Origin: Promethearchaeota archaeon
Lineage (GTDB): Archaea; Asgardarchaeota; Lokiarchaeia; Sigyniarchaeales; SOKP01
Reading direction: 5' to 3'
Length of the DNA stretch: 43,752 bases
Assembly: GCA_048938005.1 (NCBI GenBank)
Contig: JBHLMQ010000023.1
Location: 1 to 43,752, forward strand
Below, one piece after another: positions 10,531 to 20,241 of the stretch. A model generated the notes under the pieces. It saw nothing but the letters and a program-made list of their open reading frames with translations, searched no databases and had not been told where the DNA came from. Every line of letters starts with the position of its first letter. Position 1 is the stretch's first letter. Made by a program: the position numbers and the translations under genes.

Positions 10531-11004
10531 ATGATTGAAACAATCAAAATGATTGGTGCGATTGAATCTCAGATGAATAAACATTGGAGTACTGTGTTGG
10601 AATCATTAAAAGAGTTAAATGAAAATATTAGTGCCAATTTAGATTCACTACTTACGGGGATTAATCCTAAAGGATTAAGAGAAACATCAAAATCTTTAAA
10701 AGAAATAATGGATACTATGAATAAAAGTGTTCAATCGATGAATCTCGAAAAAGTCTTAAGCGAATTAAAAGTTTTGAAATCAGGAGCGGTTTCCTACGTA
10801 CCAGCAGCACCAATTACAGTAGGACAACAACCAGAACCTATTTCTGCTGATATCAGTTTAAAGCCACCAATATTAGAAGCTCCTGGAGGAGGAACAACAA
10901 CCAAAGCGAGTGGTGAACCAGAATGGGAAGATCCCCATGAAAAAGCAAAAAAGGAAAAAGAAGATCAACATCTACTAAAGCCATCAGATTTTTTTGGTTC
11001 ATAG
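10531..11004 (+). CDS. Hypothetical coiled-coil protein with Pro-rich C-terminal tail
   Basis: 157-aa ORF with a heptad-like helical N-half and a Pro/Glu/Lys-rich tail ending KPSDFFGS; the start may lie at 10405. Confidence 0.75.
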   Translation: MIETIKMIGAIESQMNKHWSTVLESLKELNENISANLDSLLTGINPKGLRETSKSLKEIMDTMNKSVQSMNLEKVLSELKVLKSGAVSYVPAAPITVGQQPEPISADISLKPPILEAPGGGTTTKASGEPEWEDPHEKAKKEKEDQHLLKPSDFFGS

Positions 11005-11008
11005 ATTT

Positions 11009-12364
11009 CTAACTGAATAATTCCATAAATGATGTTAATTTAGCTTTTGCTTGTTCAAGATCTTCGCCTATCTTCTTAAAATTTATTCCAATTGAAGGTA
11101 TTCTGAGTTCATTTCTGATTTTATTTCTCAATAAATTATAGCAATTAGAATCTATATGACAATCAGCAAGTTGGTTAATAATTACACCATCAACTCGTAC
11201 ATTTTTAACATACTTTTGGTAAGAATTGATTAATGTTTCGCAATTGCTTAAACATAATAATCCTTTATTTGAGGCTCTCAAAAGGAAACGAGCATACTCT
11301 TCGATTGGATTAGAATCCTTAGAAACAGGAATTTCTTCTAATAATCCTAGTAAATCCCAATCTGAATAAATTATTTTCCCTCCTAATTCATATATAATTT
11401 CTTGAGTTTTGGGTTCCCAACCATTGAATATTGGAGTTAATAAAATCCTTGGTCTGTCAGAGACATTCATCCCCACACCTCTTTCTATACGTTCCCTCAT
11501 CTCATTAACTAATTGACTAATATTTTCTAAATATCTCTGGGCATTGGAATTGTAATCTTGGAAAGATATTGTTAATAATGCTAAAATTTCTGCAAAGGTT
11601 GCAGGATTACAAGGATAGAAATCTGAATTGCCAATATCATAAATAATTGTTTTATAGTATCTTTTTACTTGGTTTCCGATTCGGAATTGTTTTTTTAAGC
11701 TATTATCAGTAACAACATTCCCAGTAATGTTTTCTAATTCTTTTATGACGTTTTGAATATTATTTACCATGATTTCTAAGCTATTATCCTCATTTTTTTT
11801 ATTTATTGAAGGAATTTCTAACCAAACTTGATTTGGTATTATCGATCTTAATGATTTTAAATACTGATTGTATTTATCACATCTTATAGAAAAGTTAAGT
11901 GTGCAATCGCAATTATTTACTTCTGAAACATGCATTCCATAAATAGATTTAAGACCAAAGCAAAAATCTGAAGTTACATTCTTTTCAACAGCTAAATCGT
12001 ATAGAGAATTATATTTTTCATTGATTGAATTAATCACATCATTTAAAACATTATCTACTATTTTTAAAAAATCAATTTGCCTCACAATTCCTAGTAATTT
12101 AGTTGTAAGATTCCAACCGAAAAGACTTGTTGCTGAATTTAATGCAAGTAGATACATATTAATTTTAAACTTTTCCATACGAATTGGAAAAACTGGGATT
12201 GAATCTGCTGCAAAAACTAAATCTGGGAAACCAGAAGCAACAGATATTAATGTTTTTCTTTCTTTTGTTTTTTTTTTTTGTAAATAATCTCTACCCGTTA
12301 AGAAATTATATGCAATTTTTAGCACAGAAGTAAAGTTTACAACATCATCAGCGTATATACTCAT
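11009..12364 (-). CDS. 2-hydroxyacyl-CoA dehydratase subunit (HgdA/B, BcrB/C-like), orphan paralog
   Basis: Extensive identity to 28272..29630 (GRDYL, PVFPIRM, DFC.G.KS.YGMHVS, SDFYPCNPATF.EIL, FQDYNSNA, GWEPK); Cys ligands retained. Confidence 0.8.
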   Translation of the reverse strand: MSIYADDVVNFTSVLKIAYNFLTGRDYLQKKKTKERKTLISVASGFPDLVFAADSIPVFPIRMEKFKINMYLLALNSATSLFGWNLTTKLLGIVRQIDFLKIVDNVLNDVINSINEKYNSLYDLAVEKNVTSDFCFGLKSIYGMHVSEVNNCDCTLNFSIRCDKYNQYLKSLRSIIPNQVWLEIPSINKKNEDNSLEIMVNNIQNVIKELENITGNVVTDNSLKKQFRIGNQVKRYYKTIIYDIGNSDFYPCNPATFAEILALLTISFQDYNSNAQRYLENISQLVNEMRERIERGVGMNVSDRPRILLTPIFNGWEPKTQEIIYELGGKIIYSDWDLLGLLEEIPVSKDSNPIEEYARFLLRASNKGLLCLSNCETLINSYQKYVKNVRVDGVIINQLADCHIDSNCYNLLRNKIRNELRIPSIGINFKKIGEDLEQAKAKLTSFMELFS

Positions 12365-12647
12365 TTTACTAAGTCTATAATAAATTAAATACTTATTTTT
12401 GATACTAAAAAATATACAATTTAAATTAAATCATAAAATTCTAATAAAATTTATTAGAACAAATTAATTTAACAAAAGATTCTTTAAGAAAAATACTAAA
12501 ATTTTGTACTTTTTTCCTTAAATGCCATTATTTAAAAAATTTCTATCTTGTATTTAATTATCGATTTTAATTATCAGATCCTCTGATAAATGTAATATAT
12601 TTTATTTCTCACTATTGCATTCGATGTCGATAATTATATTTAATGAA

Positions 12648-13073
12648 TCATAATTCAATTTTTATATTTTCTAAAACATTATCAATGATATTTTCAACTA
12701 TTTCTTCACTTATTTCTTCAATTTCATCATAAAATTCTTCTTCTTCCTCTTCATCAATAATCTCATCGATTTCAGAAAAGTCATAAGTATTCTCAAAAAT
12801 TCCTGTTTCACCATGAGTTACAATTTCATAGATAATGAAACCAATAAAACTAGTAAATAGTATTAAAAAAAACATATAAAATCCTTCTAGATTTCTTTTT
12901 TCCATATCTTTTTTTACCCTATTTGCTAAAATCAATCCAAGGCTAAACCAAATTAGAAAAGTAATTATACCTACAATAAGATCCCATATTAATGACTCAC
13001 CATTCGGTATTGTATTAAATGTATTTTCTGATGTATAAACTTGAATTACTATTTTTTCTAATACATTTATTAT
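12648..13073 (-). CDS. Hypothetical membrane protein with two TM helices and an acidic C-terminal tail; probable ATA start
   Basis: The frame is open upstream of the track's TTG (12935) to 13079 and adds a TM helix (IWDLIVGIITFLIWFSLGLIL). AGGTGA lies 6 nt before the ATA at 13073. Confidence 0.6.
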   Translation of the reverse strand: MINVLEKIVIQVYTSENTFNTIPNGESLIWDLIVGIITFLIWFSLGLILANRVKKDMEKRNLEGFYMFFLILFTSFIGFIIYEIVTHGETGIFENTYDFSEIDEIIDEEEEEEFYDEIEEISEEIVENIIDNVLENIKIEL

Positions 13074-13272
13074 AAGGCATCACCTGATGATTTTTAATTT
13101 AAATATTAAATTAATAATTCTACTTAACAAGCAAAGAAGTGAATATATAACCGTTACTTTAATAAATTAAAAAGATTTAAGTTCGTTTTATTATCCTTTT
13201 TATTAAATTTGTTGAAATTATATTAATCCATATAAATTATAAGAAATTTTATGATAACAAAGTGTTAATTAT

Positions 13273-13351
13273 ATGAAGATACTAATTTCTGTGTTGAGAT
13301 TCGGTTAAAGTTTTAAGACATGTTCCCTGTGATATATTAATCATTCGATAA
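13273..13351 (+). pseudogene. Universal stress protein (USP) gene remnant, internally deleted
   Basis: 13307-13351 translates KVLRHVPCDILIIR*, nearly identical to the C-terminus of the USP at 23778 (KVLRHIPCDILVVR*). ATG 13273 gives MKILISV in another frame, resembling a USP N-terminus. Confidence 0.75.
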
Positions 13352-13476
13352 TAAGTGTTTAAATATTTTTTATTTTTTACTCTTTTTGGACAAAAATGTT
13401 TTTCAGTTTTGTTTTAAATAAAATTAGTAGATATCTTTATTGTTAAAGATAAAAAAAAATAAAATATAAAATGAAA

Positions 13477-15942
13477 TTAGTTTTCCAATTTTTTTTTTTC
13501 TCTTCTATTCAACAATTTTAACGTTCCAACCTTTAAAAAATTATTACCAAAAAATGCAATGAATGCAAATACCCAAATAAAACCTGCTAATGCCCACCCT
13601 ATAGGTGACATAAAAATACCCACAGCAGCAAAAATAGTTGCAATTACTTGAGTTGATTCACAGGTGATAAAGAGTATTTTTGATGGAAAAGGGCGTTTCC
13701 AAAAATTATCCTCCTCTGTTCTAGTGAGATATATTGTCATATGTCCTGCTACAGTTAATTTCAAAAAGATAAATGTCTGAAGAGTTGCTACATCTAGCTG
13801 AAATACAAATCTTCCAATCAAAAATATAGTAAAACTAAAACCAACTCCTGCAATACCTAAAACAGATGATAAAATCAGAATTTTCTGCATTCTCCATCTA
13901 ACTGGTTTTGTGGCTATTCTTGTATTATCAAATGCAATTGTCATTATTGGAATGTCATTTAAAAGTGCTAAGATAACGATCATAACAGCTGTTATGGGGT
14001 AAAAGGAAAAAACAGTAATAGAAAGAACCAAAAAGATGAGAATTCGAACAGTTTCCGCAATTCTATATGCAGCATAACTTTTCATTCTAGCAAAAATTTT
14101 TCGACTCTCTTCTGTAGCTTTAATTATCACAGAGACACCAGGATCTGTCAATACAATATCAGCAGCAGATTTCGCTGCATCTGTTGCATTAGAAACTGCA
14201 ATACCAATATCAGCTTTTTTTAAGGCAGGAGCATCATTAACCCCATCTCCTGTCATTCCAACTACATGATCTTTAGTTTGTAAGAGATCAACAATATGAT
14301 ATTTATGCTCTGGATACACTTCTGCAAATCCTTCAGCATTCTCAACTAAACTAATAGTTTCAGGATCATCTTTTCCTAAAATTTCTGAAGATACAACTAT
14401 ATTTGTTCCAATTCCTAGATTTCCTGCTATTTGTTTTGCAATCTCTATATGATCACCTGTTACCATTTTTATATCTATTCCCAAAGATTTAGCTGTTTTT
14501 ATGGTCTCTTGTGAATCATCTCTTGGGGGATCATGAAGAGCAACAACTCCAATATAATCCCATATATTATTTTCTTTAGACATCGCTATACCTAGAGCCC
14601 TAAATCCTGCGGATGCAAAATCTTTTCCAAGCTTATTTACTTTATCTTGAAGATTTTGATCTCCTTTTACTAAGGATAAAATAACTTGAATTGCACCTTT
14701 AGAAACTTGAAATTCGCTATCCATTTCATCTTTTACTCTTGCCTCGGTTCTTTTTACGATTGGATTAAAAGGTTTGAATGATAATGGTGTATATTTTTGT
14801 AGGATAGAATTAATTTGTGTATTTCCCTTTATTTTATTAAAAAAAGCATCGTCAATAGGGTCTTTACTCTCTTCTTTTGATGCTAGACATCCATATAACA
14901 ATACATCATCTTCTGAATACTTCCCAAATGGTATGATTTTTGCGACAGATATTTGATTTTTCGTAAGAGTCCCTGTCTTATCACAGCATAGAATGTCCAC
15001 ACTAGCGGCTTCTTCAATGGAAAGCAACCTACTTACAATTGCCTTTTTTTTAGCTAATTCTAGAGCTCCTACTGCCATTGAGACCATCATAACAGCAGGT
15101 AGTGCTACTGGAATTGCTGCTACTATTAAAACTAAAGCAAATTGGAGTAAAATTAAAAAGCTTTCAACTCTTACAATTCCTACGACTATTACTATTGCTA
15201 CAAGTATAATTGCAATAATTATAAGGTAATTACCAATTTTTATAATGGCTTTTTGAAAATGACTTCTTGTTTTTGCTTCTTCGACTAATCTTGTTGTTTT
15301 TCCAAAGAATGTATTTAATCCCGTTCCAACAACTACACCATCCATTTCACCTTGGCGAATAATTGCCCCTTCATATCCCATATCTGATTTTTTTTTGTCA
15401 ACTGGTAACGATTCGCCAGTTAAAACAGATTCATCTACTGTGAGATATTCTCCATCAATCAATTTTGTATCAGCAGGGATGATATCACCTAACCTAAGAT
15501 GTACAATGTCCCCAGGGACTAATTCCTTTGAATCTATTTCTATCCATTTTCTATCTCGAAGAACCTTTGCTTTCAAAGCAAGCTTTTCTTTTAACAATTC
15601 TATTGCATTATCTGCTTTATTTTCTTCCCAGAACCGCACAAAACTATTAATTAAAAGCATTGCGATTATTATAATAAAATCATCCCATTCTTGTATAATA
15701 ATGGAAAGTATAGCAGCAATCTCAATCATCCATGGAATAGGTCCCCAAAAATTTTTCAAAAACTTTACAATAGGGCGAACTTTCTTTTCTGGAAGTTCAT
15801 TATAACCATATTTTTCTATTCTTGCTTTAGCCTCAACTTCGCTTAAACCTTCTTTATTTGTTGAAAGTTGTGAATATATGTTGTCTATACTTAATTCTTT
15901 TGATTTTTCAGAAGTTAAGATATTATTGATCAAAGTATTCAT
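13477..15942 (-). CDS. Plasma-membrane proton-efflux P-type ATPase (P3A)
   Basis: TGES, IPVALP, DKTGTLT, GDGVNDAPALK, SYAAYRIAETVRI, ALLND. Confidence 0.95.
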   Translation of the reverse strand: MNTLINNILTSEKSKELSIDNIYSQLSTNKEGLSEVEAKARIEKYGYNELPEKKVRPIVKFLKNFWGPIPWMIEIAAILSIIIQEWDDFIIIIAMLLINSFVRFWEENKADNAIELLKEKLALKAKVLRDRKWIEIDSKELVPGDIVHLRLGDIIPADTKLIDGEYLTVDESVLTGESLPVDKKKSDMGYEGAIIRQGEMDGVVVGTGLNTFFGKTTRLVEEAKTRSHFQKAIIKIGNYLIIIAIILVAIVIVVGIVRVESFLILLQFALVLIVAAIPVALPAVMMVSMAVGALELAKKKAIVSRLLSIEEAASVDILCCDKTGTLTKNQISVAKIIPFGKYSEDDVLLYGCLASKEESKDPIDDAFFNKIKGNTQINSILQKYTPLSFKPFNPIVKRTEARVKDEMDSEFQVSKGAIQVILSLVKGDQNLQDKVNKLGKDFASAGFRALGIAMSKENNIWDYIGVVALHDPPRDDSQETIKTAKSLGIDIKMVTGDHIEIAKQIAGNLGIGTNIVVSSEILGKDDPETISLVENAEGFAEVYPEHKYHIVDLLQTKDHVVGMTGDGVNDAPALKKADIGIAVSNATDAAKSAADIVLTDPGVSVIIKATEESRKIFARMKSYAAYRIAETVRILIFLVLSITVFSFYPITAVMIVILALLNDIPIMTIAFDNTRIATKPVRWRMQKILILSSVLGIAGVGFSFTIFLIGRFVFQLDVATLQTFIFLKLTVAGHMTIYLTRTEEDNFWKRPFPSKILFITCESTQVIATIFAAVGIFMSPIGWALAGFIWVFAFIAFFGNNFLKVGTLKLLNRREKKKLEN

Positions 15943-16151
15943 CTCAATAAATTATAATCTGTAAAATTCATTTTTTTCAGATAAATTTTTAAAATTATCA
16001 TTCCTAAAAGAGAAAAGTTTCTTTATAAATCTATTATATTAAATCTATAAAGGAAAATCTTAAAGATAACCCTAAAATTTCTTAAATTTGTTTAGAACCT
16101 CTATAGCTTATTCTATAAAATTATAATTATTAATTTAAAGATAATTGAATT

Positions 16152-17861
16152 TTAATGAATAATACTTTTCCATAATGGTTGTTTTACTAATTTATAAGAA
16201 TTCAAAGCATATTCTTCCATCATACGATTTGTATTGAAATATGCACCTAATTTTATTGCATATTTCATTCTATCTTGCCATTCACTCTTATTTTGATAAA
16301 ATAGAGGGATAATTTCTTTTTCCAACTTATCGTACAAATCTTTTGCATCAAAAGAATCATCTGCAGTCTGTGCTTTTGGATCAGAAGGATCAGGGCCTAT
16401 CGCCCATCCTGCTTTTTTATCAGACATATAATAACCCTCTATCCACCAACCATCTAATGTGGATAAATTAAGAACACCATTAATAGATGCTTTCATCCCA
16501 CTTGTCCCACTTGCCTCTAAATATCTTCGAGGATTATTTAACCATAAATCAACCCCACTCACCAAAAGTTTTGCTAAAGAAATATCATAATTTTCTAAAA
16601 ATACAAGTCCTATTCCATATGAATTCCATAAATAATTACTATACTCATGTATTTTGCTAATATATGATTTGGATTGTAAATCAGCAGGATGAGCTTTTCC
16701 AGCAAAAATTAATTGTGCTTTATTCTTAATAATTTTGGCTAATCGTTCAAGATCAGTAAAAATTAAAAGAGGGCGTTTATATTCAGCTATTCTTCGACAA
16801 AACCCGATTGTTAATAGTTTTTTATCAAATAAAATCCATGAATGTGAATTTTCATATTCAATCAGACGAGTTTTTGCTTTAATATGTGCTCTCCACAATT
16901 CATAACTATCTAAATTTAAAGCCCCTTCAAACAGGCTTAAATCATGATGCCAATCTCGAGTAAATTCTTCATTTAAAAAATCTCTCATATATGGTGATAA
17001 CCAATATCCTATATGAACTCCATTGGTTATACTATTGATTTTATAGTTTGGAAACATTTTAATTGAAACTTCGGTATGTTTTTTTGAAACTGCGTTAATA
17101 TAACCACTTGAATTTAAAGCTAAGATCGTCATATTAAGTGCATTTTTTCCCCCAAACTCATGGATTTGATCTGGTAAACGATTTCTAAAAACATCATGCG
17201 CTAAATTATAATCAAATTCCTCAAGACCTGCCTTTACTGGAGTATGAGTCGTAAATACGCAATGCTTTTTTACCTCCTCAAGAGTTTTATATTTTTGTAG
17301 AAGTTCAAAGATTAAAAAAGCAGCATGTCCTTCATTAAGATGATATGTTTTTATATTATGATATCCAAGTTTTTCTAACATTCTATACCCACATATACCA
17401 AGAATCATCTCTTGAACTATTCGCTGAAACGGATTTGCGTCATATAGCATATGAGTTAATTTTCTTTGCCATGGCTCATTTTGATCGAGATCAGTGTCTA
17501 ATAATATTATAGGTATTTTATACCCATTTCTACCGATAATTTCGTACTTCCAAGCTTCAACTTTAATAGATTTATCTTGTAGTTCAAGAATTACTTGTTG
17601 ATCTATTTTTTTAAAATCGATGCTAAAATCCCATTCCATTTCTTTTTCGATTTGTTCTCCATTTGGTCCAATTTGTTGATAGAAATAACCCGCATCATAT
17701 GTTAAAGTAACTGCTATCATAGGTAAACCCATATCGGCTGCGGATCGAAGTGCATCGCCCGCTAAAATTCCTAAACCTCCAGAATAAATAGGAAAACTAC
17801 TTTCTAAAGCAATTTCCATGGAAAAATAAGCAATTTCTTGATTTTTTTCATCATCTTTCAT
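16152..17861 (-). CDS. glgP: Alpha-glucan (glycogen/maltodextrin) phosphorylase, GT35
   Basis: YSGGLGILAGD, LNEGHAAF, FTTHTPV, EASGTSGMK (PLP lysine), LDGWWIEG. Confidence 0.93.
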   Translation of the reverse strand: MKDDEKNQEIAYFSMEIALESSFPIYSGGLGILAGDALRSAADMGLPMIAVTLTYDAGYFYQQIGPNGEQIEKEMEWDFSIDFKKIDQQVILELQDKSIKVEAWKYEIIGRNGYKIPIILLDTDLDQNEPWQRKLTHMLYDANPFQRIVQEMILGICGYRMLEKLGYHNIKTYHLNEGHAAFLIFELLQKYKTLEEVKKHCVFTTHTPVKAGLEEFDYNLAHDVFRNRLPDQIHEFGGKNALNMTILALNSSGYINAVSKKHTEVSIKMFPNYKINSITNGVHIGYWLSPYMRDFLNEEFTRDWHHDLSLFEGALNLDSYELWRAHIKAKTRLIEYENSHSWILFDKKLLTIGFCRRIAEYKRPLLIFTDLERLAKIIKNKAQLIFAGKAHPADLQSKSYISKIHEYSNYLWNSYGIGLVFLENYDISLAKLLVSGVDLWLNNPRRYLEASGTSGMKASINGVLNLSTLDGWWIEGYYMSDKKAGWAIGPDPSDPKAQTADDSFDAKDLYDKLEKEIIPLFYQNKSEWQDRMKYAIKLGAYFNTNRMMEEYALNSYKLVKQPLWKSIIH

Positions 17862-18116
17862 TCTTATATAACTCTATTTTTTTTCTTTTTAAATGATAAA
17901 GAGTAATATTATTCTTACTGTTATAAGAATATCCTCTAAAAAAAATAAATCTAGAAATCCTAATTAAAGAATAATTTTTTTTAAATCCCTAAATGTATTG
18001 CTTTAACTTAAAAAAAAGCGATTTAAGCACAATTTGAATTTATAAAATTTTATACATATCTTTAAAAAGGCATTTATCTGAATGAGAGGACAAATAAAAA
18101 CGAGAATTTTTAGAGT

Positions 18117-20186
18117 ATGGCTGGAGATTATACGATAATATATTGGATCCTTTTCTACTTAGCAATTTTATTATCTATTTTAGGATTATTTTACATTCTT
18201 TGGATAATGAAAAAACTAAGACATGAACATAATGGCTCAGAAGAAATGGTGAAAATTCACAATTTAATAAAGTTGGGTTCAAATACATATTTAAAAAGAC
18301 AATTTAAGACAATAAGTATTGTTTTACTAATTCTCTCTGTAATTCTTTTCTTTGTTAATATTCCTTTAGCGGTCTCCTTTATAATCGGGGCAATTACATC
18401 TCTTTTAGCAAGCTATATAAGTATGGCTGCATCAACTTTATCAAATGTTAAAGTAACACAAGCATGTAAAAGTGACTTAAATAAAGCTTTGAAAATAGGA
18501 TTTAATGCAGGAATGGTTATTGGTGTTTCAGTAATATCTATATCTTTATTGGGAATTAGTGTTTTATTTATTTCATTTAATTTTAATGTTCAAAATATTA
18601 TAGGTTTTGCATTTGGAGCATCTTTCTCAGCACTCTTTGCTCAATTAGGTGGAGGAATATATACTAAAGGTGCTGATATTGGGGCTGATTTAGTAGGTAA
18701 GCTTGAATATGGATTACCCGAAGATGATATAAGAAATCCCGCTGCTATAGCTGATAATGTGGGAGATAATGTAGGAGATTGTGCAGGTAGAGGAGCAGAT
18801 CTTTATGAATCTTCCTCAGCAAATAACATTGCTGCTATGATTATTGGAGTAACTTTAAGTGTTATTACAAATAATCCAATATTCATCATTTTTTCCTTGA
18901 TCTCAAGAGCTTTAGGTAATATTGCGGGTATATTGGGAGGCTTTTTTGTAAAAATTAAAGAAAAAGATAAATCTCCAATCGCCGCATTTGCTAGAAGCCT
19001 TAGCATTACAGCATTAATTAACATCATATTTTTTCTTATACTAACATTGATTTGTTTTCCAAAAGGTTGGTTATTCTTATTTATCTCTTCTATTTTAGGG
19101 ATAGGTTTAGGTTTATCAACTTATTTTATTGTGGATTACTATACATCTTCAAGATATAGACCAGTAAAAAATGTGATTAAAAGTTCAGAAACTGGAGCAG
19201 CTACCAATGTCATAAGTGGTTTTTCACTAGGATTAGAATCTCCTACAATTCCAGTAATCTCATTTGTGTTAGGAATTATTATTAGTTTTTTCCTTGGAGA
19301 GCAATATGGGCTTTCTAATAGTATAAATCCCTACTTAGGGGGAGTATTTGGAATTACAATAGCAACAATGGGTTTATTATCAATTACAACTATAATTTTA
19401 GCTTTTGATGGTTTTGGACCTGTATCTGATAATGCTGCAGGAATAGCCGAAATGTCCCATCAGGGAGAAGAAGTAAGATATAATTTAGATAAGTTAGATG
19501 CTGTTGGTAATACAACAAAAGCTTTAGCAAAAGGTTTTGGTATTACTTGCGCGGCTTTATCTGCTATAATATTATTTGAAGCCTATTTGGAAGAAATTAA
19601 GATAATCGATGTTAATCTCTATCATCCTATTGTCTTATGTTCACTATTGATAGGAGCAATGATTCCTTTTATTTTTTCAGCATTAGCAATTAGATCTGCG
19701 GGAGTAGCAGCATATGGGATGATTAAAGAAATTCAAAGACAATTCAACGAAGATCCTAGAATACTTGAAAACAAGTCATTGCCAGACTACGAAAAATGTA
19801 TTGATACTGGTACGAAAATAGCTTTAAAGCAAATGATTTTTCCTGCATTACTACCTACATTGACTCCCATAATTCTTGGATTTTTATTCGGTCCTGTTGC
19901 TCTAGCTGCATTTTTAATATCTGGAACGATATCTGGAATTATATTGGGATTTGTTTTAAATACAGGTGGAGGTGCTCTAGATAACACAAAAAAGGCAATT
20001 GAGGGAGGACTTCTAGGAGGGAAGGGTTCTGATGCCCATAATGCTTCTATCATAGGTGATACATTCGGTGATCCTTTAAAAGATACTGCGGGTCCATCTC
20101 TCCATATCCTTGTCAAAGTAATAAATACAGTTTCAATAGCTTTTGCTCCTATCTTTCTGGCTGTTGGACCATTAATCATATTATAA
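18117..20186 (+). CDS. hppA: Membrane-bound H+-translocating pyrophosphatase, K+-independent type
   Basis: GGGIYTKGADIGADLVGK, PEDDIRNPAAIADNVGDNVGD, GNTTKA (Lys marks the K+-independent type), GDPLKDTAGP. Confidence 0.95.
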   Translation: MAGDYTIIYWILFYLAILLSILGLFYILWIMKKLRHEHNGSEEMVKIHNLIKLGSNTYLKRQFKTISIVLLILSVILFFVNIPLAVSFIIGAITSLLASYISMAASTLSNVKVTQACKSDLNKALKIGFNAGMVIGVSVISISLLGISVLFISFNFNVQNIIGFAFGASFSALFAQLGGGIYTKGADIGADLVGKLEYGLPEDDIRNPAAIADNVGDNVGDCAGRGADLYESSSANNIAAMIIGVTLSVITNNPIFIIFSLISRALGNIAGILGGFFVKIKEKDKSPIAAFARSLSITALINIIFFLILTLICFPKGWLFLFISSILGIGLGLSTYFIVDYYTSSRYRPVKNVIKSSETGAATNVISGFSLGLESPTIPVISFVLGIIISFFLGEQYGLSNSINPYLGGVFGITIATMGLLSITTIILAFDGFGPVSDNAAGIAEMSHQGEEVRYNLDKLDAVGNTTKALAKGFGITCAALSAIILFEAYLEEIKIIDVNLYHPIVLCSLLIGAMIPFIFSALAIRSAGVAAYGMIKEIQRQFNEDPRILENKSLPDYEKCIDTGTKIALKQMIFPALLPTLTPIILGFLFGPVALAAFLISGTISGIILGFVLNTGGGALDNTKKAIEGGLLGGKGSDAHNASIIGDTFGDPLKDTAGPSLHILVKVINTVSIAFAPIFLAVGPLIIL

Positions 20187-20241
20187 AAAAATTTCTAAAA
20201 ATCATAAAATATATAATAAAACTCTACAATGGTGGTGAAAT

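Noticed and set aside
10492-10541. GTT...ATTGAAAC resembles the ends of an archaeal CRISPR repeat
   Set aside because: Single copy, wrong length, no spacers or cas genes; ATTGAAAC is explained by the Ile-Glu-Thr codons.
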